A stretch of 64,000 nucleotides of DNA from a bacterium UBA2214 (GCA_002327255.1 DCUM01000063.1:151-64150); one strand, 5' to 3'; shown: positions 37,118 through 47,525, numbered from the stretch's first letter. The notes: generated by a model not told the origin, from the sequence alone. Numbers and translations are program-made.

Positions 37118-38269
37118 CTAAATTGTTTCAAGTTGATGCATTTTAACCTGTTCCAGAATCAACCGCGCCGTCTTTGCGGAGGCGCCGGGCGCTCCGAGTT
37201 GGTTGCGAACCCTGCGCAGTTCGCGCATCAGGCCCTCGCGTCTTTTTTCGTCAAACAGGAGAGATTCGATTTCGGGCAGCAAATGATCCGGATGCGCACG
37301 CTCCTGCAGGTACTCTTTGACAATGCCCGCACCGGCGATGATATTCACCAGACCGATGAAAGGAATCTTGACCAGTCGCTTGCCAAGGGCAAAAGAGAGG
37401 GGCGATACTTTATAGACCAGGGCAAAAGGCAGTCCTGCGCAGGCCGTTTCCAGCGTCGCGGTCCCGGACGCCACAATGCCCGCCTGACTGTAAGCCAAAA
37501 GTTCGTAATAGTCACTGGGGATGCCGCGCACGTGGGGATGTTGCGCCAGCACCGTTTGCAGCTTCTCCGGTTGCACCGACGAAGCCTGGCTGAGCGCAAT
37601 CTGCAAGGCCGGGTGTTTGTGGCGCAAACGGGCGGCCGTTTCCAGCATCACGGGGAGAAGGTGTGTAATCTCCTGATTTCTCGATCCGGGCAGCAGGGCG
37701 AGCAGCGGGGCATCGGGATTGAGGCGATGATCGCTGAAAAAGGTGTTGCGATCCTTTTTGATCTCCATGCCTTCCAGCAAGGGATGCCCGACAAAAACGG
37801 TGTGGAGGCCAAACCGGGAGAAAAAGGGCACTTCGAAATCAAAAAGGACGGCCATCTCGTCGATGAAGGCGGCCATTTTCTTTGCGCGCCCCTGGCCCCA
37901 GGCCCAGACCTGCGGGGCGATATAATAAAACGTGCGCACATTCAATTTCTTGACCGCCCGGGCAAAGCGGAGGTTGAATCCCGGATAATCGATGAGCACC
38001 ACCACGTCCGGTTTACGCGTCTTGACTTCGTGCAGCAAACGATTGAAAACCCGGCGGAAGAAAAAATAGTGGCGCGCCACTTCGACAAAACCGATGTAGG
38101 CGAGCTGTTCGACATGATAGAAAAGCTGCATCCCTTCCGCCGCCATCCTGTTGCCGCCAACGCCGAATATCTCGAGGCCGGGGTCGTGTCGTTTTAGCGC
38201 GGCGACGAGGCGGCCGCCGTGCAGATCGCCGGAGGCTTCCCCGGCTATGATCATCACGCGTCCTGTCAT
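37118..38269 (-). CDS. lpxB: Lipid-A-disaccharide synthase
   Basis: N-terminal VMIIAGEASGDLHGGRLVAALK typical of LpxB (GT19). Confidence 0.9.
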   Translation of the reverse strand: MTGRVMIIAGEASGDLHGGRLVAALKRHDPGLEIFGVGGNRMAAEGMQLFYHVEQLAYIGFVEVARHYFFFRRVFNRLLHEVKTRKPDVVVLIDYPGFNLRFARAVKKLNVRTFYYIAPQVWAWGQGRAKKMAAFIDEMAVLFDFEVPFFSRFGLHTVFVGHPLLEGMEIKKDRNTFFSDHRLNPDAPLLALLPGSRNQEITHLLPVMLETAARLRHKHPALQIALSQASSVQPEKLQTVLAQHPHVRGIPSDYYELLAYSQAGIVASGTATLETACAGLPFALVYKVSPLSFALGKRLVKIPFIGLVNIIAGAGIVKEYLQERAHPDHLLPEIESLLFDEKRREGLMRELRRVRNQLGAPGASAKTARLILEQVKMHQLETI

Positions 38270-38276
38270 GACGACC

Positions 38277-38849
38277 TCAGACCAGGAGCCAACGGAGCAG
38301 GATCAGAACCGTAACCAGCGTAAAGCTCTGCAGGGAGTTTTTTTCGGTGCGCAGCGCTTTCCGCAACGTCGTCGGCACGCGATCCCCCCGGCCCCACGCG
38401 GAGAGCCGCGGCAGGATGCTGGGCACATGATTCATGTATTCCTGATAGACCGCGGCGAACTTGCTCAGCAAAAACGCTTCCTCGAGGGAAATAATCGCAT
38501 GATATTGGAGCAAAAAAAGAATCAGGAAGAGGAGCATCATCCATGGCATCCACGGCCACGCCATGATGAGAATGCCGAAGCTGAGCAGAAAGTTGCCCAG
38601 ATAGAGCGGGTTGCGCAGATGACCATAAGGGCCATTGGTGACCAGGGCATCGGCGCCGACTTCACCGGTGGTGCGCGTCGCACTGCCGGCATAACGCACC
38701 GACCAGATGCGCAACGTTTCACCGCTCAGCGCGATGCAAAATCCGATGATGAACGATAGAAGGCTGGTCTCCGCCAGCACCAGCGCCGCGATGATGAGCG
38801 GAACCGGCGTAAAGCTGCGGTATTTGAAAAAAAATTGCCGGAAGGTCAT
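38277..38849 (-). CDS. Isoprenylcysteine carboxyl methyltransferase (ICMT)/phospholipid methyltransferase family membrane protein
   Basis: GPYGHLRNPLYLGNFL motif. ATG at 38849 has GAGGAA upstream. Confidence 0.65.
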   Translation of the reverse strand: MTFRQFFFKYRSFTPVPLIIAALVLAETSLLSFIIGFCIALSGETLRIWSVRYAGSATRTTGEVGADALVTNGPYGHLRNPLYLGNFLLSFGILIMAWPWMPWMMLLFLILFLLQYHAIISLEEAFLLSKFAAVYQEYMNHVPSILPRLSAWGRGDRVPTTLRKALRTEKNSLQSFTLVTVLILLRWLLV

Positions 38850-38957
38850 GCTGTTTTCCTCATATTGTTCGCATGGGAAACGACTGATTGGCTGTTCATG
38901 AGCATCTGGCGTCGCCGCGAAGCAGCCGCCAGCGGATAAAAGAGGGCCTGGCACGCC

Positions 38958-39944
38958 TCAACCCGGCTGCCCCTTGGCGATGATCCGGGTGATCTCCTCC
39001 GCCACGCGCAGTGCCTGCAATCCATCCTCGCCGCTGACGATCGGCCGGGATTTATGGTTGACCGCCGCGATGAAGGCGAGCCATTCGGCGCGCATGGCAT
39101 CCCCCTCCGGCGGCTGGGGTTGTTCGTAGATGATGTGACGCTTGCGCGTCCCTTTGTCGATCTGTCCCAGCACGACCGTGCTCTCCTGCCCCTCCTCGGG
39201 ATCGATGATGCGAAACACTTCGGATATTCGCTGCAGAAAATCGATGGAAACATAGGAATCGCGCTGGAACAGGCGCATCTTGCGCATCTTGCGCTGCGAG
39301 ATGCGGCTTGCCGTCACATTGGCGACACAGCCATTGGCGAACTGCAGGCGGGCGTTGGCGATATCGACTTCCTCGGAGACCACCGCCACGCCGCTGGCAT
39401 CGATGCGCGTGACTTCGCTCTGCACCAGACTGAGAATGATATCGATGTCATGGATCATCAAATCCAGAACCACAGCCACATCCGTGCCGCGCGGGTCGAA
39501 TGGCGCCAGCCGGTGCGATTCGACGAACATCGGCTGCAACAAAAGATGCTCCAGGGCGCGAATCGCTGGATTGAAGCGCTCGATATGTCCGACCTGGATC
39601 GGCACCTTCTTGCGCAATCCCAGCGCTACCATCTCCTCGGCTTCGGCAATGGACGCCGCGATCGGTTTTTCGACAAAGACCGCCTTGCCCGCCTCGAGCG
39701 CTGCCGTTGCAAAATCGCGATGCAGCGTTGTCGGCACGGCGATGCCCACGGCATCGACCTGGCTCAACAGTTCCGAATAATTGGAAAAATGGACGCAGTG
39801 GAAGCGTTCGGCCGCCTCCCGGGCGCGGACGGCGTCCACATCATAGACGCCCGCCAACGCGGCTTGCGGAATTTGATTGAGCGTGTTGCCGTGAAACGTC
39901 CCCAACTTGCCGACGCCGGCGATGCCGATTTTAAGACGGGTCAT
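38958..39944 (-). CDS. Gfo/Idh/MocA-family NAD(P)-dependent oxidoreductase
   Basis: KIGIAGVGKLGTFH Rossmann N-terminus and an EKP motif. ATG at 39944 has GAGG upstream. Confidence 0.8.
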   Translation of the reverse strand: MTRLKIGIAGVGKLGTFHGNTLNQIPQAALAGVYDVDAVRAREAAERFHCVHFSNYSELLSQVDAVGIAVPTTLHRDFATAALEAGKAVFVEKPIAASIAEAEEMVALGLRKKVPIQVGHIERFNPAIRALEHLLLQPMFVESHRLAPFDPRGTDVAVVLDLMIHDIDIILSLVQSEVTRIDASGVAVVSEEVDIANARLQFANGCVANVTASRISQRKMRKMRLFQRDSYVSIDFLQRISEVFRIIDPEEGQESTVVLGQIDKGTRKRHIIYEQPQPPEGDAMRAEWLAFIAAVNHKSRPIVSGEDGLQALRVAEEITRIIAKGQPG

Positions 39945-40280
39945 GATCACCTCTGCCGCAATTTGTTAGAAACTGAACAGAAAAATATACCCCGATAAAA
40001 CGAGATTAAAAGCGCTTTAGCCTGAACGATTCACATACTGCCTATTGCCAGATATTAAGTTTTCCAAATAAAATATTAAACCACCGTGTTCATCAAAACT
40101 GTATTTTACCACACAGGGCGCCAGGCACACAAAGGATGTTTCCTGGGTTTTTGTCTTTTAATGTCATGGAGATTTTTGTCCCTTTGTGTTCTTCGTGTGC
40201 TTCGTGGCTATGCGTTTTAAAGGTCCGTGACGCCGCTCCGGCTACTTCGGAGTCCTGGCGCAATGCGTTCCGGTTCAAAA

Positions 40281-42221
40281 TCACGCAATTTTTCGGATCT
40301 TGATGGTCTCGGTAATGTGCCGCATCAGTTCCAGCACATGTCCGGATATGTGGTGATCCACATCCACGACCAGATAGCCGATATGTTCATTGGTCTGCAG
40401 CATCTGGCCGGCGACGTTGATGCCGCGGCGCGCAAAAACGCTGTTGATTTTGGCCAGCACGCCCGGAACATTTTTGTGAATGTGCAAAATGCGGTGCGTT
40501 CCCGGCATGCGCGGCATGTCCACCTCGGGAAAATTGACCGCGCCCCGGGTATTGCCGGTACGCAGGAAGTGCACCAACTTATCGCTGACATAGAGGGCGA
40601 TATTCTCCTGCGCCTCCTCGGTGCTGCCCCCGATGTGCGGCGTGAGGATCACATTTTCCAATCCCTGCAGCGGACACGTAAATACCTCCACGGTATGGTT
40701 GGGCTCCTGCGGAAAAACATCGATCGCCGCACCCGCCAGACGCCCCGACTGGAGCGCCACCTGCAACGCCTCCATATCCACCACCCTGCCACGGCTGGAG
40801 TTGATCAGAAACGCGCCCGGCTTCATCCGTTGCAGTGCCGCAGCTCCGATCATGCCGCGGGTTTCCGGCGTATCCGGAACATGAAGCGTGACCACATCCA
40901 CCTGTTCGAGAAGGGCCGGGAGGTCTTTGGCGCGCCGGGCATTGCCCAGCGGTAATTTGTCGACGACATCGTGAAATACCACGGACATGCCGAGGTTTTC
41001 GAACAAGATCGATACCTGCGATCCGATGTGACCATAGCCGATGATGCCGACGCGCTTGCCACGCACCTCAGAACATCCGGCCGCCGCTTTGAGCCATTTT
41101 CCCTGATGCGCCGCCGCGCTCTTTTCAAAAATGCGCCGCATCAACATGATCGTCTCTCCCACCACCAGTTCGGCCACACTGCGCGTGTTGCTGTAGGGCG
41201 CATTGAAAACCGGAATCCCGGCTTTGGCTGCAGCCTCGAGATCGACCTGATTGATGCCAATGCAGAAGGCCCCAACCGCCCACAAGTCCGGCAGAGCGGC
41301 GATGACCCCGGCCGTTACGCGGCTTTGCGAGCGGATGCCGAGGAGGTGCGCCCCCTGTGCCGATTTAATCAGCCCGGACTCCTCCCAGCCGCCTTTGTGC
41401 GTCTCCAGCTCTACGCCGGATTCGCGCAGCAACGCCACCGCCTTGTCGTGAATATTTTCCAGGAGAATGGCCCGGGGCGTGGGCGCATCGGATTTTTCTT
41501 CCGCCTCATCCGTTTCAGCTTGTTGATGAGAATACTCGGCTTCCGAGAAAAAGAGCGGCAATAACTGGTTGAAACGTTCGATGGCAAAATCGGCCTGCTG
41601 GCGGATTTCCTCCAGCACCTGCGTGCCGGAAAAATAGACGAAAATCTGTGCGATATTGTTTTTACGCAACGAGAGATCGGTCGAACCATCCCCGACAACT
41701 GCGGTCCGTCCCGGCAGCCGGCCTTCGTTCTTGAGCTGCTCCGCCAGAAAGCCCTTGCCGACGCTGAAAAAGAGCGGATTGTTTTCATTGATGCCCATGA
41801 CCCGGCCGGTAAAATCGTAAATGAGCTGGTTTGAAAAAACGTGATCCCTGGGCACCAGCAGGGCATCGGTGACCGGACGGACGATCTCATCGAAACTGGT
41901 GCTGAAGATAAATATCTGCCTTCCCGCGCGTCGCAGGGCCTCGATGGTCTCCGCCACCATGGGGGTGATGGAATTCAGGATCAACGCGGCCGCTTTTTCG
42001 ACATCTGCACGCATGACGGGCGCCAATTGAAATCGCGTTCTCAAGGCCTCACCGAGCGGCATCTCGCCGTTGGTCGCCTTGAGGGTCAAATCGTGCAGTT
42101 GCGTCCGCAAGGCACCGGCTTGTTCCTCGCCCACCCTGGCCAGGGCATTTTCTATAATCAGCTCAACGCCCTCTGCGTTGATGATCGTAGAATCAAAATC
42201 GAATATCACATTGTTGATCAT
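40281..42221 (-). CDS. Bifunctional phosphoserine phosphatase (HAD) / D-3-phosphoglycerate dehydrogenase with C-terminal ACT (serB-serA fusion)
   Basis: N-terminal HAD motifs DFDST and GDGSTD, followed by a 2-hydroxyacid dehydrogenase domain (GIIGYGHIGSQV) and a C-terminal ACT. Confidence 0.8.
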   Translation of the reverse strand: MINNVIFDFDSTIINAEGVELIIENALARVGEEQAGALRTQLHDLTLKATNGEMPLGEALRTRFQLAPVMRADVEKAAALILNSITPMVAETIEALRRAGRQIFIFSTSFDEIVRPVTDALLVPRDHVFSNQLIYDFTGRVMGINENNPLFFSVGKGFLAEQLKNEGRLPGRTAVVGDGSTDLSLRKNNIAQIFVYFSGTQVLEEIRQQADFAIERFNQLLPLFFSEAEYSHQQAETDEAEEKSDAPTPRAILLENIHDKAVALLRESGVELETHKGGWEESGLIKSAQGAHLLGIRSQSRVTAGVIAALPDLWAVGAFCIGINQVDLEAAAKAGIPVFNAPYSNTRSVAELVVGETIMLMRRIFEKSAAAHQGKWLKAAAGCSEVRGKRVGIIGYGHIGSQVSILFENLGMSVVFHDVVDKLPLGNARRAKDLPALLEQVDVVTLHVPDTPETRGMIGAAALQRMKPGAFLINSSRGRVVDMEALQVALQSGRLAGAAIDVFPQEPNHTVEVFTCPLQGLENVILTPHIGGSTEEAQENIALYVSDKLVHFLRTGNTRGAVNFPEVDMPRMPGTHRILHIHKNVPGVLAKINSVFARRGINVAGQMLQTNEHIGYLVVDVDHHISGHVLELMRHITETIKIRKIA

Positions 42222-42508
42222 GCGCGCCTTCCCTGTACCCGGGTAACCCGCTCACGCAAAAAAAGCCATCGCAGCGTTTGCATCCCTTGTTGTCTTGACG
42301 GCCGGATGAAATGGAGACCGCTCGCCACGGCGGTATCCGCCTGGCCTTTGCCGTGCCACATCCGGACAGGATGTCCAGCCGTCACGGGGTGTTCGACGAT
42401 TGTCGCAACACCCCTGCCCCCACCTCGTAAATGCGCAATTTCGCCGCTTTCGCAGCGGCCGGAGACCTCCACGCTATCCACGATTGATAACCTGATCAAC
42501 ACCGCGGA

Positions 42509-43513
42509 TTAAAGCGTCCGGATAAAGTCACCTGAACCGGGTTTCTGGAGCTTTTCTCCACATCCCAGGCAGCGCTTTACGAGAAAAGCATCGGTATCTT
42601 TGCGCAGAGAGGTGATCATTTCTCCGAGGAGACCGATGGAAAAAAACTGCACGCCGACGATGATGAGCAACACGCCCAAAAAAAGCATGGGCCGGTTGCT
42701 GAGATATTTATTGGCAAAGAGACGCTCATAGGCCAGAAACAGGGAGATGAAAAATCCGCCCATGAAGGACAAAACACCGAGGACGCCGAAGAGATGCAGG
42801 GGCCGCATTTTATAGCGGGTGAGAAAGGAGATGGTGAGGAGATCAAACGCGCCCCTGGCAAACCGGGCGACGCCGAATTTGGAATGTCCATATTTGCGGG
42901 CGTGATGACGAACCGGCAATTCGGTGACGCGAAAGCCATTGCGAAAGGCGATGACGGGCAAATAACGGTGCATCTCGCCATAGACGCGCAGCGTCTTCAC
43001 GACTTCGCGGCGATAGATTTTCAATCCACAATTGAAATCGTGCAGGCGGATGCCGCTGAAAATGGATGTGAAATAATTGTAAACCTTTGATGCCAGCCGC
43101 TTGGACAGGGGATCATGACGGACTTTTTTCCAACCCGATACCAGGTCATACCCGCGCTCCAGGGTTTCCAGCAAACGCGGGATCTCTTCGGGGTCGTCCT
43201 GGAGATCCGCATCCAGAGTCACCACATATCGGCCCGCGGCAACGGTGAATCCGGCGGAGAGTGCCGCTGACTTGCCATAATTATGTAAAAACTGGATGAG
43301 CTTGACGCGCTCATCCTTTTCATGCAAACCCTCGATGATCCGGGCGGACGCATCGGTGGAGCCGTCATCGATGAAGATCATCTCACAGGACGCCTTGAGG
43401 GCGTCCATCACTTCGGAAATTTTTGTATGGAGCTCCGCCAGCGATTCCTCTTCGTTATAGCAGGCAATGACCAGCGAAAAATCGACCGGTTTTTTTTCAA
43501 TGTCCGTTTTCAT
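42509..43513 (-). CDS. GT2 polyprenyl-phosphate glycosyltransferase (ArnC/GtrB/DPM1-like)
   Basis: FSLVIACYNEEESL...IFIDDGSTD GT-A motifs plus two C-terminal TM helices. Confidence 0.8.
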   Translation of the reverse strand: MKTDIEKKPVDFSLVIACYNEEESLAELHTKISEVMDALKASCEMIFIDDGSTDASARIIEGLHEKDERVKLIQFLHNYGKSAALSAGFTVAAGRYVVTLDADLQDDPEEIPRLLETLERGYDLVSGWKKVRHDPLSKRLASKVYNYFTSIFSGIRLHDFNCGLKIYRREVVKTLRVYGEMHRYLPVIAFRNGFRVTELPVRHHARKYGHSKFGVARFARGAFDLLTISFLTRYKMRPLHLFGVLGVLSFMGGFFISLFLAYERLFANKYLSNRPMLFLGVLLIIVGVQFFSIGLLGEMITSLRKDTDAFLVKRCLGCGEKLQKPGSGDFIRTL

Positions 43514-43566
43514 TCACCATCAGCACGAGTGCGCGGCACAGGATATGCCGCACGCCGTTGCTTCCT

Positions 43567-44379
43567 TTATAAATCGATTCTGCGGGCGTTTGCGGGTATC
43601 TTTAACTTGAAATCTTTTGCGGACAGTGCCTCGTTGATTTGCAATTGTTGATAAAAAATGGTTATACTCTGATTTTCAGGCGGCCGCTTCAGGCGGATGG
43701 TGCGCGGCACCTGGACACCATTGATGCGGCTGAATCGCTCATAGGCGGCCTGGAGCAGAACCGCGCCTGTGGAATCATAACTCTCGGAGCGGACGACGAC
43801 GCCGCGGCTGCGGTCCATCCAGTGTTTTTGCCGCCCCAGGGCCGTCAGGCCCTCGACTGCCAGCCCATCTTCATCCCGGGACATTTGAAGGTCATGCATG
43901 TTCCGGGCTGATTCCAGACCGGTGAGAGAACCGAGGAAGTGACTGACATCGACCTCAAAGCCTGGCAATGCTCCCCCCGGCAGGGAGTCGATCGCGCCGG
44001 AGGCATAGGTGTTCTGCATGGCATTAAAAAGGGTATAGCGCTCCTTGTCGACAAAGAGCCAGCCGACATCCAGACCGAACAAAGCCTCCAAACGTATGTA
44101 TAACGTGTCCGGCCGGTTCATGATGATGTGGGCGTCGAGCGTCATGGATCGACCGGACATCTCGAGGGTCATCCGGCCGCGTCCTTTTAAATGATCCAGT
44201 TTTTCAGCATTGGCGTTAATGATTGCCAGTACGCGGGCGGCTGAGCGTTCCTCCATGGGAATGACCGGTCGGGTTTTCCACACGGTACACCCACAGGGTA
44301 ACAACGCCAGAAAGCCGGCGCATACGAGCCCATAGACCAGGCGTCTGCCCGGATATTCCAGCCGAGAAGCGCGGTTCAT
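43567..44379 (-). CDS. Lipoprotein, LolB/DUF4292-like (tentative)
   Basis: Signal peptide with a lipobox cysteine (LLPCGC) and a size and composition consistent with LolB-like outer-membrane lipoproteins. Confidence 0.45.
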   Translation of the reverse strand: MNRASRLEYPGRRLVYGLVCAGFLALLPCGCTVWKTRPVIPMEERSAARVLAIINANAEKLDHLKGRGRMTLEMSGRSMTLDAHIIMNRPDTLYIRLEALFGLDVGWLFVDKERYTLFNAMQNTYASGAIDSLPGGALPGFEVDVSHFLGSLTGLESARNMHDLQMSRDEDGLAVEGLTALGRQKHWMDRSRGVVVRSESYDSTGAVLLQAAYERFSRINGVQVPRTIRLKRPPENQSITIFYQQLQINEALSAKDFKLKIPANARRIDL

Positions 44380-46388
44380 GGTTTTTCCGGGGTAAACCCC
44401 TGCCCGTTATCAAGTTGCTGCAATTTTACTTTCACCTGTCGCCGGGACGGATCCAGATCGAGGGCCTGGCGATAGTACTTTTGCGCCCGTTCCGGGTCAC
44501 CCACTTGCCGGTATACATCTCCCAGATGCTCCAGCACTTCGGCTGAATCAGCACTCAATTCGATCGATTTGAGAATATTTTCCCGCGCACCTTCATAATC
44601 TTTCATCTGGAAAAGCACCCAACCCAACGTGTCCCAGTAGGCGGCATTGTCGGGATCGAGCGCCAGCGCCTCTATGACCATCTCCCTGGCCTGAGGCAAA
44701 TTCTGACCTGTCACGGCCAGATGATAGGCGTAGTTATTGAGGATGACGGGGTTCTCCGGAGTGGCCTGATAAAGCGTTTGATACAGTGCCAGTGATTTGC
44801 CGTACTCGCCCGCTTCGTCATAAAGTGTGGCCAAGGTCAGCAGCGTTTGCAGATTGTTTGCATCCAGTTCGCGGGCTTTTTCCAGATAGGCGATCGCCTC
44901 GCTGTTTTGCTTGAGCCGTGTCGATATAATGCCAAGATAATAGTTCACTTCAGGGTCCTGGGCGAAAAGGGGCCGCGCGCTCAGGAAATTTTGTTTGGCG
45001 GCTTCCAGACTGTCGAGCTGTATGAGGTTGACGCCGCGGAGCACCCATATCAGGGAGAGGTCATTGCGCAATTGCAGCGCACGGTCAAATCTGGGGTGGG
45101 CCGCTGCAGGCTGATCGTTGACCATGAGCAGGCGGCCGAGTGTGACCGGGACGCGCCAGTCATCGCCATTTGATTTTTCGAGCTCTTCGCATAAGGAGAT
45201 GGCCTGGAGGGTGTCCCCTTTTTGCATGAGCAGATTGGCTATTTCCAGATGCGCGCCGACATAGGTGGAATCGTTCTCTTTCAACGGATCATAGAGGGCA
45301 ATGGCGGCATCCCAACGTCCCTGGGCGGCATAGAGATCGCGCAGACGGCGCCGGGAATCGAGGAACATGGGATTGATGGCAATGGCTGCTTCATAGGTCT
45401 GCATGGCGCCCGCGCTGTCGCGTTGCGCGCGTTGCACCGCCCCCAGTGCCAGGTAACCCCGTTCGCTCTGTGGATGGGCCGCAATAACCGACTTGAAACA
45501 GCCGACAGCGGCCAGGGTGTCGCCTTTAAGAAAATGGTATTGTCCCACCTGCAATTTGTCGCCCAAATTGGTAGAATCGCGTTCGACAAGTTTTTTAAAT
45601 ACCAGGATCGCCTCATCGAAGCGCTTGCTGCGTTCGAGCAGAATACGCAATTCGGCTTTGACTTCTTCAAAATGGGCCTGCTTTTCCAGCGCGGCCTGAT
45701 AGATGCGGATGGCCCCGGTGGTATCCTTCTGCGCCTTGCTCAGGGCGGCCAACGCCAGATAGGCGGCCTCAAAATCGGGATTGCTTTTGCTCACGTCCTG
45801 GTATACCACGCCGGCCTGAGAGAACGCGCGATTCTGAAAAAAAAGATGGCCGATGCGAAGGCGGTATTCCGGATCTTCCAACCCCGATCTGACCAACTGG
45901 CGATAGGTCGTCACCGCTTTATCAAATTCCTTGATGATGATCTGGATGGAGGTCAGGCTGTAAAGAATCTCGACGTCTTCCGGATCGAGTTTTATCATCT
46001 GTTCATAGGCCCGCGCGGCATTCTGAAACTGGCGCAGTTTTTCATAGGAGGCCGCCAGCAATTCAAGCGCCTGGATGTTCTGCGCATCGCGCAACAGGGC
46101 CTTGCGCGCCATGCGAATGCTGGAATTATACTCTTCCAAAAAATAATAATTTTCTGCCAGCGCCAGGTAGATCCCTGACGAGGAAGAATCGATCTCGGCG
46201 GCCTGATGGTATTCGACGAGGGCGTTCTTGGGCTCTCCAATGAGATCTTCAATCGTTCCATTGATCATGTGACGCATGGCTTCACGATTGTAGGTGCGCC
46301 GGGGAGGTGGTTCTGTGAGTTTCTGGTTGGATGCGCACGCCAGGCCGATCACCAGCAACCACACCAGCAGGTGTAGGCGATTCATCAT
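44376..46388 (-). CDS. Tetratricopeptide-repeat protein (secreted or periplasmic)
   Basis: Signal peptide followed by at least 15 TPR-like repeats (W-LG-Y-A-F-A-P patterns). Confidence 0.8.
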   Translation of the reverse strand: MMNRLHLLVWLLVIGLACASNQKLTEPPPRRTYNREAMRHMINGTIEDLIGEPKNALVEYHQAAEIDSSSSGIYLALAENYYFLEEYNSSIRMARKALLRDAQNIQALELLAASYEKLRQFQNAARAYEQMIKLDPEDVEILYSLTSIQIIIKEFDKAVTTYRQLVRSGLEDPEYRLRIGHLFFQNRAFSQAGVVYQDVSKSNPDFEAAYLALAALSKAQKDTTGAIRIYQAALEKQAHFEEVKAELRILLERSKRFDEAILVFKKLVERDSTNLGDKLQVGQYHFLKGDTLAAVGCFKSVIAAHPQSERGYLALGAVQRAQRDSAGAMQTYEAAIAINPMFLDSRRRLRDLYAAQGRWDAAIALYDPLKENDSTYVGAHLEIANLLMQKGDTLQAISLCEELEKSNGDDWRVPVTLGRLLMVNDQPAAAHPRFDRALQLRNDLSLIWVLRGVNLIQLDSLEAAKQNFLSARPLFAQDPEVNYYLGIISTRLKQNSEAIAYLEKARELDANNLQTLLTLATLYDEAGEYGKSLALYQTLYQATPENPVILNNYAYHLAVTGQNLPQAREMVIEALALDPDNAAYWDTLGWVLFQMKDYEGARENILKSIELSADSAEVLEHLGDVYRQVGDPERAQKYYRQALDLDPSRRQVKVKLQQLDNGQGFTPEKP

Positions 46389-46586
46389 ACTTTCTGTCGT
46401 TAGTTGTTAGTAACCTGTAAATTATGACTTATTTGGCAGATACACAAGTAAAAAATCCGCTCCGGCCAGGTTGCGCGCCCAATCATCCCGACCCGCCTGT
46501 TTCACCAGGATGCCTGCCGGACGGCATGGTTTTCCCTTCAGGGTTAACGGGCGCGGCGTGAACGTCAAACACGCCCTTCTCGGGGG

Positions 46587-47525
46587 TCACCTGCTCTGGC
46601 TGCCCGCCTGCTCCTTGCCCCGCTCGCCCCATATCGTCAAGGCAACACCGCATAGAATCAGCAGTCCCGCAAAAATCTTGGCGCTCGTCATGGACTCGTG
46701 CAAAATCCACACCGCCAGCACGGATGCCCCCAGCGGTTCCGCCAGCGTAAATATCGATACGGTCGTCGCAGAAAAATATTTAAGCGCCCAGTTCAAGCTG
46801 GTGTGACCGATAACCTGCGGGATCATGGCAATGGCCACAAGATACCAGTAGGTCTCAAAAGAAAATCCGACCAACGGCTGACGGATGAAAAGCGCCGCAC
46901 TGATGGTGATGAGGGCCGCTGCCGCGTAAACCATGCTCACATAGCGCAGCGTATCGATTTCAGCGCGCAGTTTCCGCCCGGCGAGAAAATAGCCGGCCGC
47001 ACCCAAAGCCCCGAGCACGGCGAGCAGATTCCCGAGGGCGCGGGAGTCACCACCGCCACTATCATAGGCGCTGATGACGAGGCTTCCGGTCAACGCGAAA
47101 AAAATGCCGGCCATGGTGGTGCGGTTTGGTTTTTCGCCGAGAATCAGCCAGCTCCCCAGCGCCACGAAGACGGGGAAGGTCTGCACCAGTACGACCGAAC
47201 TCGCCACAGAGGTGAACGAGAGCGAGGTAATCCAGGCCATAAAATGAATCGAGAGAAAGAGCCCCGATACCAACGCCCAGCGCCGCTGCGAGGGGCTAAA
47301 GGCACGCCAAAGCGGTTTGCGGCGAATCCTGCCAATGAAAAGATAGAAGAGTGCTGCCAGGCCGAGACGATAGGCACTGATCACCAGTGGCGGCGCCGGA
47401 CACAGTTTGATGAGGATAGACGCCATTGAAATGGATATCACACCGGCGCCGATGATAAAAAATGGCGTGATCACCACCCGCTCCTGACTCACAAGTCCCT
47501 TTCGCGCAAACGGGGTACCTCCCAA
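46587..47525 (-). CDS. DMT-superfamily (EamA) transporter
   Basis: Ten TM helices in two EamA repeats. The start may be the internal MASIL at 47426, which avoids overlap with the MBL remnant. Confidence 0.75.
   Translation of the reverse strand: MGGTPFARKGLVSQERVVITPFFIIGAGVISISMASILIKLCPAPPLVISAYRLGLAALFYLFIGRIRRKPLWRAFSPSQRRWALVSGLFLSIHFMAWITSLSFTSVASSVVLVQTFPVFVALGSWLILGEKPNRTTMAGIFFALTGSLVISAYDSGGGDSRALGNLLAVLGALGAAGYFLAGRKLRAEIDTLRYVSMVYAAAALITISAALFIRQPLVGFSFETYWYLVAIAMIPQVIGHTSLNWALKYFSATTVSIFTLAEPLGASVLAVWILHESMTSAKIFAGLLILCGVALTIWGERGKEQAGSQSR

Noticed and set aside
46520-46552. Hairpin ATGCC-N8-GGCAT followed by GGTTTT between the TPR and EamA genes.
   Set aside because: It is on the plus strand whereas both flanking genes are on the minus strand. 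The stem is short and the T-run weak, so it is not a convincing terminator.
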